Under the pieces are notes generated by a model. The model did not search any database, had not been told where the DNA came from, and was given only the letters and a program-made list of their open reading frames with translations. From an uncultured Deferribacteres bacterium (GTDB lineage: Bacteria; Zhuqueibacterota; Zhuqueibacteria; Zhuqueibacterales; Geothermadaptataceae), in NCBI GenBank assembly GCA_964014485.1, contig CAXHAT010000089.1, forward strand, positions 1 through 29,472: a stretch of DNA of 29,472 nucleotides. Reading direction: 5' to 3'. A program made the translations under genes and the position numbers. Shown in pieces: positions 8,001 through 16,858 of this stretch. Position 1 is the stretch's first letter; each line of letters starts with the position of its first letter.

Positions 8001-10500
8001 AGAACTAACGGCGCTCCGGGTTTTGCATCTTCTAAACCAGGGTGCGCTCCGAAAATCCGTTGCTGACTACACCGAAGCGAACGCTGCATTTGCCGAAGCG
8101 TTGGCATTGTTGAGCGACTTGCAGCCGGGTGCGCATTTTCCTGTTCATGCCGGAATATTGAAGGCGGCCGCTTCGCTCGAGTACGGCGAAATGTTGTGCG
8201 AGCTTTCCCGGCGAGAAAAAGCGAAGGAGCTTTTTGAAAACGCGCTTGAGTCGCTTGAAAATGCGCGATTAAACGCTGATGAAAGCTGGCTGGGCGATTT
8301 GCTTTCCGGGATAGCGTACACATTCTTGGCCAAAATTTTAATCGGCAAAACGCAATTTTCGCAAGCGGTGAAATTCTGCGAAACCGCCGTGACGCATTTT
8401 GATCAAGCGTCTGCGCAACAAGGCTGCGGCCCGTTTGCAAGATCAAACAAGGCTTGGGCGATGGTTCGGCAGGCGGAAGCGCTCTTTTGGCTGGCGGACT
8501 TTCGAAGCGCTCTGAAACTGGGCAGTGAGAGCGTCGCGCTGCTGCAAGAAGCGCTCGCCGAGGCCCCGCAGGATTTGGGAACTTTGAGTAGTTTGGGCCT
8601 TGCCCGCCTGAGTCAGGGACAGATTTATGCAAAACTCGACCAAAAGAACGAGGCGGAAAAAGCGTTCCGAAAAGCGATTGAGGTTTTCGACCAATCTTTG
8701 GCGCTTTATAAAGATCATCCCTTGATTCTGAACCACAAGATCAGCGTCCTTCTCGCGCTGGGCGATTTATGCGCGCCGGAAGACGACGGCGAAGCGTTGG
8801 AGTACTACAACGCTGCAATTTCGCAGCTTCAAACATTGACGGCAATCACGCCGAACGACCTTGACGTATTGAACAACAAAGGCCAGGCGACCATTCGGTT
8901 GGGCGATTTGCGCCGTTCGCTGGGCGAAACGTCCGAAGCCGTTGAAAATTATGAATCCGCCGTCGAGGTTTTTGGCAGAGCGCTGCGGCAAGCGCCCGGT
9001 CACGACGTTATTTTGAACCACCGCGCGAATGCATTCCAAAAATCGGCGGAAGCGTTGTATTCGCTGGGAGAAAAAGAAAAAGCCGCCGTTCATCTGAAAA
9101 AAGCCGATCAAATTTACGCGGAAATTTTGGCGGAAAGTGAGTTTGAAATTATCACTTTGTTCAACCGCGGCGTTTGCGCCTTCAAAGCCGGTTTGTACGC
9201 GACATGGGACGATCTGCCCGCCGAAGCCATCGTTCATTTCCAATTGGCGAGTGAGTCGTTGACCTCGGCCAAAAACGCAGCGCCGCTAAATCCCATCATC
9301 AACCAAAAGCTGGCTGACGCTTCTCTTGCTGTCGCATTGCATCAGTTGGAAGTCGACAACGTTGCGGATGCAAAACGCAATCTTGAGCTTGCCGTCGAAT
9401 TCTACAATATCGCCGAGAACTGGAAGGATGATGATCGGTTGATGCTCTTTAATCGTGCGACGGCTTTTCTGAAATTGGGTGAAATTGAAGCGAGGGAAGA
9501 GCAGGGGGGGAGAGCGTTGTGGAGCTTTTCGCAAGCGCTGGAAGGTTACGATGAAGCGGCCCGCCTCGATCCGCAAGATGATCAAACACGCAGGCAAAAA
9601 GGGGAGACTTTGGCAACCACCGGCGATACGCAGTACAGTTTTGCGCAATATTCGGAAGCGATTGAGAGCTACAAGGCGGCCGTGAAAGAATATGATGCAG
9701 CGATTGAAGTTCGAGACGCGTTACTGAGCCAGTATTACAAAGCCATTGCGCTGGCAAACCTTGCCGGGGCCTGCGCAGCGGTTTCAAAGACGGACGATGC
9801 GATCGTTTATTACCAACAGGCGGTTGTTGTTTACAAACGCGTGGTTGCGCGACAGCACGATTATGCCAACGCGGAGTTCAATCTCGGCCTGACATTGGCG
9901 CATATCGGAAATCTCTTTGACGCGATGCAGGAATCCGGCGAAGCGGGGAAATATTTCCGCGAAGCGATTTCGGTCTATAATCGTCGTCTCGCGCGCCACC
10001 CAAAGGAAATTTCGACTTTGCTCAACAAAGGGCAGGCGCAAACAAGCCTTGCCGAATTGTTGAAATCCGGGTCGATGCTAAGCGAAGCGCAAAAAAACTA
10101 TCGCGCCGCAATTGAAAGTTTTCAAACAATTATCGCCGTCGCTCCCGATGAACTTGGGGCTTATTATAACGAGGGCGTGGCATTTTCCGGATTGGCGCTG
10201 GCGCTGCTGGATAACCTGGGCGCCGAAGCTGCAATTGAAACCTACAAAAACGCTTTGGCGGCTTATGACCTGTTGCTCGAACGTGACGCGGGGTATGTCG
10301 ATGCAATTTACAACAAAGGCGTGGCCTGCTCCACAATCGGACAATTGCATCTGCGCCTCGGCGACAATGACGCGGCGCATCGGCGGCTTTCCGAAGGCTT
10401 GAGAATACTCGGGCAGGCGCTCACGCTTTCTCCTCACGACGTTCAGATACGCGAAGCGGGAATGCAGACAAAGTCACTGCTGCAACAATTAGATGCGTGA
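5077..10500 (+). CDS. Large P-loop NTPase (STAND/AAA_16-like) with long TPR-like solenoid
   Basis: 1807 aa. Walker A GPSGVGKS, Walker B IVLFLDSLE, LVLASR, winged-helix-like region (PRVFD...YRISARLR), then about 1250 aa of helical repeats with an approximately 48-aa period. In-frame TAG at 5017-5019 rules out an N-terminal extension. Confidence 0.85.
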   Translation: MVTPEVLPYAQVDDSRNFYFPPTATHARVIERFLQIVHDENERQNVVLLKGPSGVGKSSLMAFLQENCSFLSDQFDPVRLTEPSGAISLARYKNKKPLLTAALDFSLPWNGYFRPADPFYGLLNLRDQLAKNPNFYSAIFDFACIQYLYRSGQLTPERIRALYPIEHRALIFALADLAAKTAEAHFEDEVFNAISQFYGKAFTPYMMRRRVSRETIKNLRLLSDRFALLDALPRLLAEEVESFSNNGDENARIVLFLDSLERYYPHTHDHRDDPEKFEQFWLNRLIRELISNNRVTLVLASRYSLPYRTSWRKSRQERIAATFKLASPEKADVSRFVSQIEYSPTAPPVLTNMLTAQNGRLQTLDLALFSEYVRMQENEAAHGEALQKRAGSEAFLRLFLSGLPREMTQSILALSAPRVFDAAIYLHLDDRLYFRGSAKLFEKIVDFAFIERPKSDGEKSYRISARLRAQMQRYARSLVREANMALIDFFKARSEKGDECASVELIYHQNALQWENGVLNWILEMGRALDEKRFGYARILLSVLPDLSIESSYWKARTHQTHGDYYLAQGKPGEASVWYKRALGRYKQFLKGNPNDRETLRGRSACLQSLAQAAFQENDLNGSVKYCNLATQLCDHVLRVDSSFLAAYSNKASALSLLAGLHLAQRKPEKSLEKLNAALEAAKAALNRAPEYVPALKIKAGVYRELAKASEEIGDDAEAERLLCAVIQTHGDFLEKERTSETAALGISIFLELSRVRLILGKLEEAFEAAQEALRRSDQAIETGTTKTTFYLFRVRALSLLVKIETKRGALASVPNYLADALEISDALVNMEPENEQALSARSAILTLKAHYAQFSGEPDEAPANRRLAEKDALLALELKPQDAVYLHNAGAIQFAYGHFSNDSNPPNPDKFESANRLLDDAIHFAPQDYPFMLNRVYAQISSHGAAISVADFQAVKEDAIEHLIPKEKNRHSRKELTALRVLHLLNQGALRKSVADYTEANAAFAEALALLSDLQPGAHFPVHAGILKAAASLEYGEMLCELSRREKAKELFENALESLENARLNADESWLGDLLSGIAYTFLAKILIGKTQFSQAVKFCETAVTHFDQASAQQGCGPFARSNKAWAMVRQAEALFWLADFRSALKLGSESVALLQEALAEAPQDLGTLSSLGLARLSQGQIYAKLDQKNEAEKAFRKAIEVFDQSLALYKDHPLILNHKISVLLALGDLCAPEDDGEALEYYNAAISQLQTLTAITPNDLDVLNNKGQATIRLGDLRRSLGETSEAVENYESAVEVFGRALRQAPGHDVILNHRANAFQKSAEALYSLGEKEKAAVHLKKADQIYAEILAESEFEIITLFNRGVCAFKAGLYATWDDLPAEAIVHFQLASESLTSAKNAAPLNPIINQKLADASLAVALHQLEVDNVADAKRNLELAVEFYNIAENWKDDDRLMLFNRATAFLKLGEIEAREEQGGRALWSFSQALEGYDEAARLDPQDDQTRRQKGETLATTGDTQYSFAQYSEAIESYKAAVKEYDAAIEVRDALLSQYYKAIALANLAGACAAVSKTDDAIVYYQQAVVVYKRVVARQHDYANAEFNLGLTLAHIGNLFDAMQESGEAGKYFREAISVYNRRLARHPKEISTLLNKGQAQTSLAELLKSGSMLSEAQKNYRAAIESFQTIIAVAPDELGAYYNEGVAFSGLALALLDNLGAEAAIETYKNALAAYDLLLERDAGYVDAIYNKGVACSTIGQLHLRLGDNDAAHRRLSEGLRILGQALTLSPHDVQIREAGMQTKSLLQQLDA

Positions 10501-10597
10501 TTTTGTGCAAACTCGAATTATTAGGCTTTTGTTCATCTCGACTTGACGCTATATTCTCATTTTCAACTGTGACAACATGAAAATGAGGTGAATTTTC

Positions 10598-10948
10598 GTG
10601 CCCAAAGCCGATTGGTACTACCACCGCCCCAGTTGAGACGCTTGCGCCAAAGCGCGAGAGTTGCTCGCGGAGAATAAAGTCGAACCTGCGGTCATGGACA
10701 GTGCGTCCAAGCGGGTTATTCCGAAAGACGAAGCTTTGAACTTGCTAAAAGACGTTGACGAAGTTTATGCAAGTCGAGGCAAGACCAAATTTTATTTTAA
10801 CTTGAAATCCGGCGAATATAACCAGGAAGAACTTGAAAAAGCCATCCTCGGCCCGACGGGAAATTTCCGAGCGCCTTCCGTGAAAGTTGGCCGAAAACTC
10901 TCCGTCGGCTTCAATGCAGAGAATATTAATGAAGTCCTGAATTTGTGA
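10598..10948 (+). CDS. ArsC/Spx-like thioredoxin-fold selenoprotein (UxxC), Sec codon TGA at 10634-10636
   Basis: RBS GAGGTG (10585-10590) lies 7 nt before GTG 10598. The frame reads MPKADWYYHRPS-U-DAC-AKARELLAENK and continues in frame into the 10661 ORF, whose C-terminus GPTGNFRAPSVKVGRKLSVGFN is ArsC-like. 116 aa. Confidence 0.88.
10653..10669 (+). promoter_or_regulatory. Candidate bacterial SECIS hairpin
   Basis: CGCGAG-agttg-CTCGCG; the loop starts 23 nt after the TGA and has GU at loop positions 2-3, as expected for bacterial SECIS elements. Confidence 0.65.
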
Positions 10949-11012
10949 CGCGTGCTTGACGCCTCTTTGGTCGGAGATAGTTTTTGAAACTTTGGGTGGA
11001 TCGCTCGTCAAT

Positions 11013-11216
11013 TCACTACCTGACACTTTTTGTCTAGGCTTCTAAAACTGACGAAAAAGGCCGGAATTGTCATGCTGGAAGCATCTTTTTTGATCCGTAC
11101 CCTTGAACGTTTGAGCACGATCTGTACTGGGCGATAACAAAGATTCCTGCAGAATGACAAAACGGGACCTTTAGACGGCTCGAAAATGCAGTTCACAAAA
11201 AAGTGTCAGGTAGAGA
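11013..11216. mobile_element. MITE copy 1 (TIR TCACTACCTGACACTTTTT) with a TGTC-type REP-doublet core
   Basis: TIRs TCACTACCTGACACTTTTT and AAAAAGTGTCAGGTAGAGA (1 mismatch). Flanking direct repeat GCTCGTCAA at 11003-11011 and 11217-11225. Core TGTCATGCTG...CAGAATGACA at 11068-11159. Second copy at 16859. Confidence 0.9.
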
Positions 11217-11252
11217 GCTCGTCAAAACATTTGCTGGTCAATTACTCGGTTT

Positions 11253-11351
11253 CTTGATCGAAAATTTGTTCCGGAGTCAAACGCTCCGGCGTTTGATTTC
11301 CAGGCCGCCGTTGCTGCGGGGCGACGATCAAATTTCGCGCTCCGGAAAAAG
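11253..11351. repeat. GGAG-type REP-like doublet, copy 2 (inverted relative to 4814-4907)
   Basis: Shares CTTGATC, TCCGGAGTCAAACGCT, GCGyTTGA, GCCGTyGCTG, GGCGACGAT and TCGCrCTCCGrAAAAAG, in order, with the reverse complement of 4814-4907. Confidence 0.75.
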
Positions 11352-11408
11352 CGGTGGAGAAGCCTTGCGTGAGAAATAGAAAGATGATTCATGGATTAGA
11401 ATAGATTT

Positions 11409-11831
11409 ATGTTCCCCAAGCTATTGCTGCTTTTCGTCGGTTTGCCGCTGATCGAGTTGATGATTTTGATCGAAATCGGGCAAGCGTTCGGTCTGTGGCC
11501 GACCATCGCGCTCGTGGTTTTTACCGGCGTGCTCGGCGCTTCTTTGGCGCGATTTCAAGGTTTTGTTACGCTGACCAAAATTCAGCAAGAGCTTAACGCC
11601 GGACGCGTGCCAACCAATGATTTGGCGGACGGACTCCTGATTTTAATCGGCGGCATTGTTCTTTTGACCCCGGGCGTCCTGACCGATTTATTCGGTTTTT
11701 CGCTGCTGACGCCTTTTATAAGGACGCAAATCAAGGGGTGGCTCTACGCTAAATTTGAACATTTAGCCCGCAATCAAAGCAGCAATATTTTTATCCGTCA
11801 CGACCTCCCGCCTGATGATCGCTTCCAGTAA
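11409..11831 (+). CDS. fxsA: FxsA family membrane protein
   Basis: LLLFVGLPLIELMILI, GLWPTIALVVFTGVLGASLARFQG, GGIVLLTPGVLTDLFG..LLTP are FxsA signature segments. Confidence 0.92.
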   Translation: MFPKLLLLFVGLPLIELMILIEIGQAFGLWPTIALVVFTGVLGASLARFQGFVTLTKIQQELNAGRVPTNDLADGLLILIGGIVLLTPGVLTDLFGFSLLTPFIRTQIKGWLYAKFEHLARNQSSNIFIRHDLPPDDRFQ

Positions 11832-11930
11832 GCTGCGGCTTGAACGAAAATCGTTTTGATTTTGTCCGTAAAATATTTACCAAAAGCGACGATTGAGCGG
11901 CTAAGAGCGCATTGGGAAAGTTCCTGTTTC

Positions 11931-12062
11931 GTCATTCCACAGGATTTTTTTAGGTCGCCAGTTTGAACGTCCCGCATTTTTGGACTTGCCAAACACGTTC
12001 TAATCTGTGGCGGGCGATAACAAAGGTTTTGCTTCGCCGACCGATGGCTTTTCAGAATGACA
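11931..12062. repeat. Degenerate free-standing copy of the MITE core, without TIR shell
   Basis: GTCATTC...GAATGAC ends; shares TTGAACGT, ATCTGT, GGGCGATAACAAAG and CAGAATGACAA in the same order as 11068-11160. Confidence 0.65.
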
Positions 12063-12167
12063 AGCCGAGGCTTTTTCGAGAGCTTCGGAAGAGTTGTCGC
12101 GCTTCAAGGAGAAAGCGTTTTCCAAAACAATGGCGCGAAAAGCGCCTTCATTTTCTCAGGATAGTCC

Positions 12168-14759
12168 GTGACGGATTCGAGCATAAAAGTTCATAAGCGA
12201 TTTACGAATTCCTTCCAGAATTTTACCCGGGAGAATTTGCTGTCTCGCGAGTTTTTAAGCCTCTCGCTCACTTGGCTTGTTTCCGCTATTCTTCTGCTTG
12301 CTTTTTTTGATTTTTCGGAATCTCCATATCTCTCCATCGCGCTCGCGCTCATTCAAATTTATGCACTTTTCAGGCTAGCGCCTTATATTTTTGAAGTATT
12401 AGCGCCGCCCGTCGAACTTCTGGTTTTACTCTTTTTCGGCATTTTTCTGCTGGAAGTCCCGATCTTGCGCGAGGTCATTTCTTCGGGCAGTCCGGGCGTT
12501 TTGACGAGTCTGCACATTCTGCTCATGTCGTTGCAGATTCTCCTGTTCAGCCTCATTTTGATTCGAAGCTCGGAAGGAAAAAAACGCGGAGTGGTGCTTT
12601 ATGCGTTTTTAGCCGGGGTTTCGGTCTATCTGTTTGCCGACGCTCATGCAATTCCCATATTTTTATTCCAGGTGTTTCTGTTTTTCTCGCTCATACGCAG
12701 AACGCAGTGGCTTGAAGAACTTACGGTGGTGGAATGCTGGGCGTATATTTTTTTCATGCTGTTCCTCGCCACGCAATTCTATGGATTTCGAGACGTTTTC
12801 GCCGAAAATCCCGCCACGGGATTAAGCTACTTATGGTTCGAAATTCCGCACTATTTATACCTGCTCTTTCTTCTTTATTTGTTCGCTTGCCTGGCCAAGC
12901 TGCCGATTGTTATCGCTTACAACCATGCGCGGCTTTCACGAAAGCTGTGGGTGGCGGGGCTTTTCCAATCAACGTTTCCGCAGATCATCCAGACTTCGAT
13001 GTTGTTGCTGATCTTCTACTTTTTGATTGCTGGATGGCAGGCGGAAAACGTGCGCCAGGGGTTCATCAATGAACTGGAAAGCATGAAAAGGGGCGACAGC
13101 GAGGAGAAGTTGGAATACCTCGCATACAAATCTTACAGAATCGGAGAAACCGTCAATATTCGAGGATACTATCCGTTTCAGATTCCCTCCAATCTGCCTG
13201 AACACGGCATCGTAGCGTTTGAGCGGATTCGCGCGCCCAAGTATGACGAGCCGGACGCCAGGCAATACTATCTTTTTTTGCGTTCCAATGCTGAAGCGGG
13301 GCGAGCTGTGTACTTGATCAAGCTGACCTCGCAGTTCGTTGAATTAATTTCTAGCAACACGCCGGTTTTGGCTGGCTCGGCGCTGCAAGGTTATCGGCAC
13401 GAACCCTCGCAGTGGGAAACTTTCCTCTATCAAAAGACTTACCTCAGCGTCGACCAGGGCATCACGCTTTACCCATTCGCGGTTGTGCCGACTGAAAACG
13501 AAACTTTCACGGCGGGCGCAATTCGAAATCGATACAGCGCGGATTACAATGATCCTGATTCCAGAGCCCCGGGCAGATTGAAAATAGTGGTGGGACGTTT
13601 GGTGACGCCGCTCTACAATACTGATTTCAGGGAGATTGGCTACTATAATTTTGACGTCTTGTTTATTTCAGACGCCAATTTTCTTGCATCGCCAATTGTT
13701 AGAAATCTGGCTTACTTGCTCGGCTTATATTTGCTTATTAATTTTCTCGTGACCGTGAGCGCCATCCGCTTCGGCGACGAGATTAAGCAAACGATTATTC
13801 GAAAATTCCAACAGCTACAGGCGGGGATACGCGAAATTGCCTCGGGCAACCTAAATTATAAGGTTCAGCTCGAAGGGCAGGACGAAATTGTTGAGCTGGG
13901 TCAGCATTTCAATTTTATGAGCGACCGGCTCAAAAAGAATATCAAGGAAACGCGCGAAAAAGATCGTTTGGAACACGAAATGGCGATTGCGCAGCAGGTG
14001 CAGCAAAGCTTGGTGCCGCCGCCTACTAATTTGCCTAACGTCGAAGGATTTCAGGTTGCTTCCGCGATTAAAACGGCGACGGAAGTGGGCGGAGATTTTT
14101 ATGACATCATGCCGCTGGGCAATCATAAATTTCTTTTTACCATCGGCGACGTTTCCGGAAAAAGCACTTCGGCGGCGTTTTACATGGCGCAGTGCATTAG
14201 CCTGATTCGTTTTTCGCCGCAATTCACGGAAGATCCTCGTGAAATTACGTTGCGCCTGAACCAATACTTCGCCGATCCTTTGGTGGATAAGCAAATGTTC
14301 GTCACGGCGATTGTAGGGCTTTTGGATGCGCATAAAAACACAATCAAGTATGTCCGCGCCGGACACACGCCTCCGATTTTTGTCCCGAACGATCCTGAAA
14401 AGGAATTGAAAGAACTCACCACCCCGGGCTTGGGCGTCGGCTTGGCGCGCGGCACGAGCATGTTAGAAAACGTGCTAAAAACTGACTCCGTCAAAATGGC
14501 CGTGGGCGACATGATTGTTTTTTATACTGACGGCGTGGTCGAGGCAAACGACTCTGAGTCGAAAGTGCGCAAACGCACTCAAAACGAAGAAGAACGATTT
14601 TATGGCGAAGAGCGGCTCAATGAAGTCATCAACTCCGTACGCGGAAAAGACGCGATTGAAGTTGTACGCGCCATTACGCGCGACCTGGAGGGCTTCTACG
14701 GCGACGCTCCCCTCGCTGACGACTATACTTTGCTTGTCATCAAAAGAAGAAACAGTTAA
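12168..14759 (+). CDS. Multi-TM, HAMP, SpoIIE/RsbU-like PP2C Ser/Thr phosphatase
   Basis: Roughly 9-10 hydrophobic segments, a large soluble loop, one more TM, HAMP (IREIASGNLNYKV..DEIVELG..FNFM), and PP2C motifs VGGDFYD, IGDVSGK, RAGH, FYTDGVVE, DDYTLLV. GTG start is uncertain. Confidence 0.9.
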   Translation: MTDSSIKVHKRFTNSFQNFTRENLLSREFLSLSLTWLVSAILLLAFFDFSESPYLSIALALIQIYALFRLAPYIFEVLAPPVELLVLLFFGIFLLEVPILREVISSGSPGVLTSLHILLMSLQILLFSLILIRSSEGKKRGVVLYAFLAGVSVYLFADAHAIPIFLFQVFLFFSLIRRTQWLEELTVVECWAYIFFMLFLATQFYGFRDVFAENPATGLSYLWFEIPHYLYLLFLLYLFACLAKLPIVIAYNHARLSRKLWVAGLFQSTFPQIIQTSMLLLIFYFLIAGWQAENVRQGFINELESMKRGDSEEKLEYLAYKSYRIGETVNIRGYYPFQIPSNLPEHGIVAFERIRAPKYDEPDARQYYLFLRSNAEAGRAVYLIKLTSQFVELISSNTPVLAGSALQGYRHEPSQWETFLYQKTYLSVDQGITLYPFAVVPTENETFTAGAIRNRYSADYNDPDSRAPGRLKIVVGRLVTPLYNTDFREIGYYNFDVLFISDANFLASPIVRNLAYLLGLYLLINFLVTVSAIRFGDEIKQTIIRKFQQLQAGIREIASGNLNYKVQLEGQDEIVELGQHFNFMSDRLKKNIKETREKDRLEHEMAIAQQVQQSLVPPPTNLPNVEGFQVASAIKTATEVGGDFYDIMPLGNHKFLFTIGDVSGKSTSAAFYMAQCISLIRFSPQFTEDPREITLRLNQYFADPLVDKQMFVTAIVGLLDAHKNTIKYVRAGHTPPIFVPNDPEKELKELTTPGLGVGLARGTSMLENVLKTDSVKMAVGDMIVFYTDGVVEANDSESKVRKRTQNEEERFYGEERLNEVINSVRGKDAIEVVRAITRDLEGFYGDAPLADDYTLLVIKRRNS

Positions 14760-14768
14760 GGACAAATC

Positions 14769-15029
14769 ATGACAACAGATGATCGATTGCAGGCCTATTG
14801 GAAAGAGAATCTCAAATATCTTGGCGTTCTTCTGGCGATTTGGTTTGTCGTTTCTTACGGCTTCGGCATTCTCCTGGTCGACATGTTGGATCAATTTCGA
14901 ATTTTTGGTTTCAAGCTCGGATTTTGGTTCGCTCAGCAAGGTTCTGAAATCATATTTGTGATACTCATTTTCGTTTATGTGTCGCTTATGAATAAGCTCG
15001 ATAAAAAATACGGCGTTGCTGAAGAATAG
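14769..15029 (+). CDS. DUF4212-type putative symporter small subunit
   Basis: AYWKENL, LAIWFVVSYGFGI, GFKLGFWFAQQGS, MNKLDKKYGV; RBS AAGGA; lies directly upstream of an SSS gene. Confidence 0.9.
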   Translation: MTTDDRLQAYWKENLKYLGVLLAIWFVVSYGFGILLVDMLDQFRIFGFKLGFWFAQQGSEIIFVILIFVYVSLMNKLDKKYGVAEE

Positions 15030-15083
15030 AGTGCCGTCAACCTTGGCGCTCGTGCTGAAAACTCGCTCGAACAAGGAAAAAGT

Positions 15084-16784
15084 ATGACCATCGCTGTTTG
15101 GACCTGGATTATCGTCGGAGCCACTTTCGCTCTTTACATTGGAATCGCAATTCGATCTCGCGCAAGCTCTACCGGAGAGTTTTACGTCGCTTCAAAACAG
15201 GTGCATCCCATCGCCAACGGCATGGCGACCGGTGCAGACTGGATGTCCGCCGCGTCATTCATTTCTATGGCCGGAATTATTGCCTTCATGGGCCGAGACG
15301 GCTCGGTCTATTTAATGGGGTGGACCGGCGGCTACGTTCTTTTGGCGCTTTTGCTTGCCCCGTATTTGAGAAAATTCGGCAAATTCACCGTACCTGATTT
15401 TGTCGGTGAGCGCTACTACTCCGACATTGCCCGCGTTGTCGCTGTCATTTGCGCTATTTTTGTTTCACTCACTTACGTCGCGGGGCAAATGCGCGGCGTA
15501 GGCATTGTGTTTTCGCGCTTTCTCAACGTTGATATTAACAGCGGCGTTTATATCGGGATGGCAATCGTTTTTTTCTACGCCGTCCTCGGCGGCATGAAGG
15601 GCATTACGTACACGCAAGTCGCCCAATACTGCGTTTTAATTATCGCTTACCTGATCCCCGCGTTTTTCATTTCATTCATGATGACCGACAACCCGATCCC
15701 GCAGTTTGGATTTGGCGGCTCTACCGAAAGCGGCGGTTACTTGCTCGACAAGCTCGACGGCATGTTGGGAGAACTGGGCTTTGCGGCATATACTTCAGGG
15801 ACAAAATCAACGATTGACATTTTTTGTATTACCGCCGCGCTGATGGTCGGCACGGCCGGGCTGCCGCATGTTATCATTCGTTTTTTCACCGTTCCAAAAG
15901 TCGCGGACGCTCGAAAATCCGCAGGCTGGGCGTTGCTGTTTATCGCCTTGCTCTACACAACCGCTCCCGCCGTCGCGGCTTTTGCGCGCACGAATATGAT
16001 TCAAAGCTTGAACGAAATTCCTTACGCCGAGGCGCCAAGCTGGTTCAAAAATTGGGAAACCACAAAACTCGTCGCCTGGGAAGACAAGAACGGTGACGGA
16101 CGGATTCAATATCGCGGCCCAAACCCGCCTGACGGCTTGGCGAACGAATTGTCCGTTGACCGCGACATCATGGTTTTGGCAAATCCGGAAATTGCGCAAT
16201 TGCCGAACTGGGTGGTTGCGCTGGTTGCCGCGGGCGGTTTGGCGGCGGCGCTTTCCACCGCCGCAGGCCTGCTTCTGGTAATTTCGACCTCAATCTCGCA
16301 TGATTTGATGAAGAAGATCGTGATAAAGGATTTGTCGGATAAATGGGAATTGAGTATCGCTCGTATGGCTGCGGCCGTCGCTGTAATTGTCGCAGGCTGG
16401 TTTGGGATCAATCCGCCCGGTTTTGTCGCCGAAGTCGTTGCTTTTGCGTTTGGACTGGCGGCGTCATCTTTCTTCCCGGTTATTATTCTTGGCATTTTTT
16501 CAAAGCGCGTAAATAAGGAAGGCGCCATAGCCGGGATGTTGGCGGGAATCGGTTTTACCGCCGGCTACATCATCTATTTCAAAGGCGTATTCTTCACGCC
16601 TTTCGCCGAGAATATTCCTGAAAATTGGCTTTGGGGCGTTTCGCCGGAAGGGATCGGCGCGATTGGCATGGCGCTCAATTTTGCGGTGACAATGCTTGTG
16701 TCAAGATTTACTGCACCGCCGCCGGAGGAAGTGCAGGAGTTGATTGAAAACGTTCGCGTGCCGAAACAATTGGATCGCATATAG
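15084..16784 (+). CDS. Sodium:solute symporter, ActP/VC_2705-like (probably acetate or another monocarboxylate)
   Basis: [73 protein letters not shown]. Substrate is inferred from the subfamily. Confidence 0.92.
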   Translation: MTIAVWTWIIVGATFALYIGIAIRSRASSTGEFYVASKQVHPIANGMATGADWMSAASFISMAGIIAFMGRDGSVYLMGWTGGYVLLALLLAPYLRKFGKFTVPDFVGERYYSDIARVVAVICAIFVSLTYVAGQMRGVGIVFSRFLNVDINSGVYIGMAIVFFYAVLGGMKGITYTQVAQYCVLIIAYLIPAFFISFMMTDNPIPQFGFGGSTESGGYLLDKLDGMLGELGFAAYTSGTKSTIDIFCITAALMVGTAGLPHVIIRFFTVPKVADARKSAGWALLFIALLYTTAPAVAAFARTNMIQSLNEIPYAEAPSWFKNWETTKLVAWEDKNGDGRIQYRGPNPPDGLANELSVDRDIMVLANPEIAQLPNWVVALVAAGGLAAALSTAAGLLLVISTSISHDLMKKIVIKDLSDKWELSIARMAAAVAVIVAGWFGINPPGFVAEVVAFAFGLAASSFFPVIILGIFSKRVNKEGAIAGMLAGIGFTAGYIIYFKGVFFTPFAENIPENWLWGVSPEGIGAIGMALNFAVTMLVSRFTAPPPEEVQELIENVRVPKQLDRI

Positions 16785-16798
16785 TGCGCAATTGTGCA
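16785..16798. promoter_or_regulatory. Candidate enhancer (UAS) palindrome for the sigma54 promoter at 17087
   Basis: Imperfect palindrome TGCGCAATTGTGCA; would lie about 110 bp upstream of the predicted start site if the intervening MITE is removed. Confidence 0.3.
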
Positions 16799-16858
16799 AA
16801 TCATGCGCTGAAATTCTTTGTTTTTTCTTTTTGAATCTGGCGCCTTTGAACCCGCCGT

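Noticed and set aside
10661..10948. 95-aa ORF with TTG start
   Set aside because: Lacks the redox motif; better explained as the post-UGA part of the selenoprotein starting at 10598.
11008..11196. 62-aa ORF similar to part of the 165-aa ORF at 16818-17315
   Set aside because: The shared peptide (KGPVLSF..NLCYRPVQI..KKDASSMTIPAFF) is just the MITE translated; no RBS and no transposase motifs.
12131..12146. Possible sigma54 promoter TGGCGCGAAAAGCGC
   Set aside because: GG-N10-GC spacing is present but the -12 TT is missing, it is very close to the start codon, and it is equally a short hairpin.
16083..16112. EF-hand-like [10 protein letters not shown] loop in the symporter
   Set aside because: To my knowledge a usual feature of this symporter subfamily, not novel.
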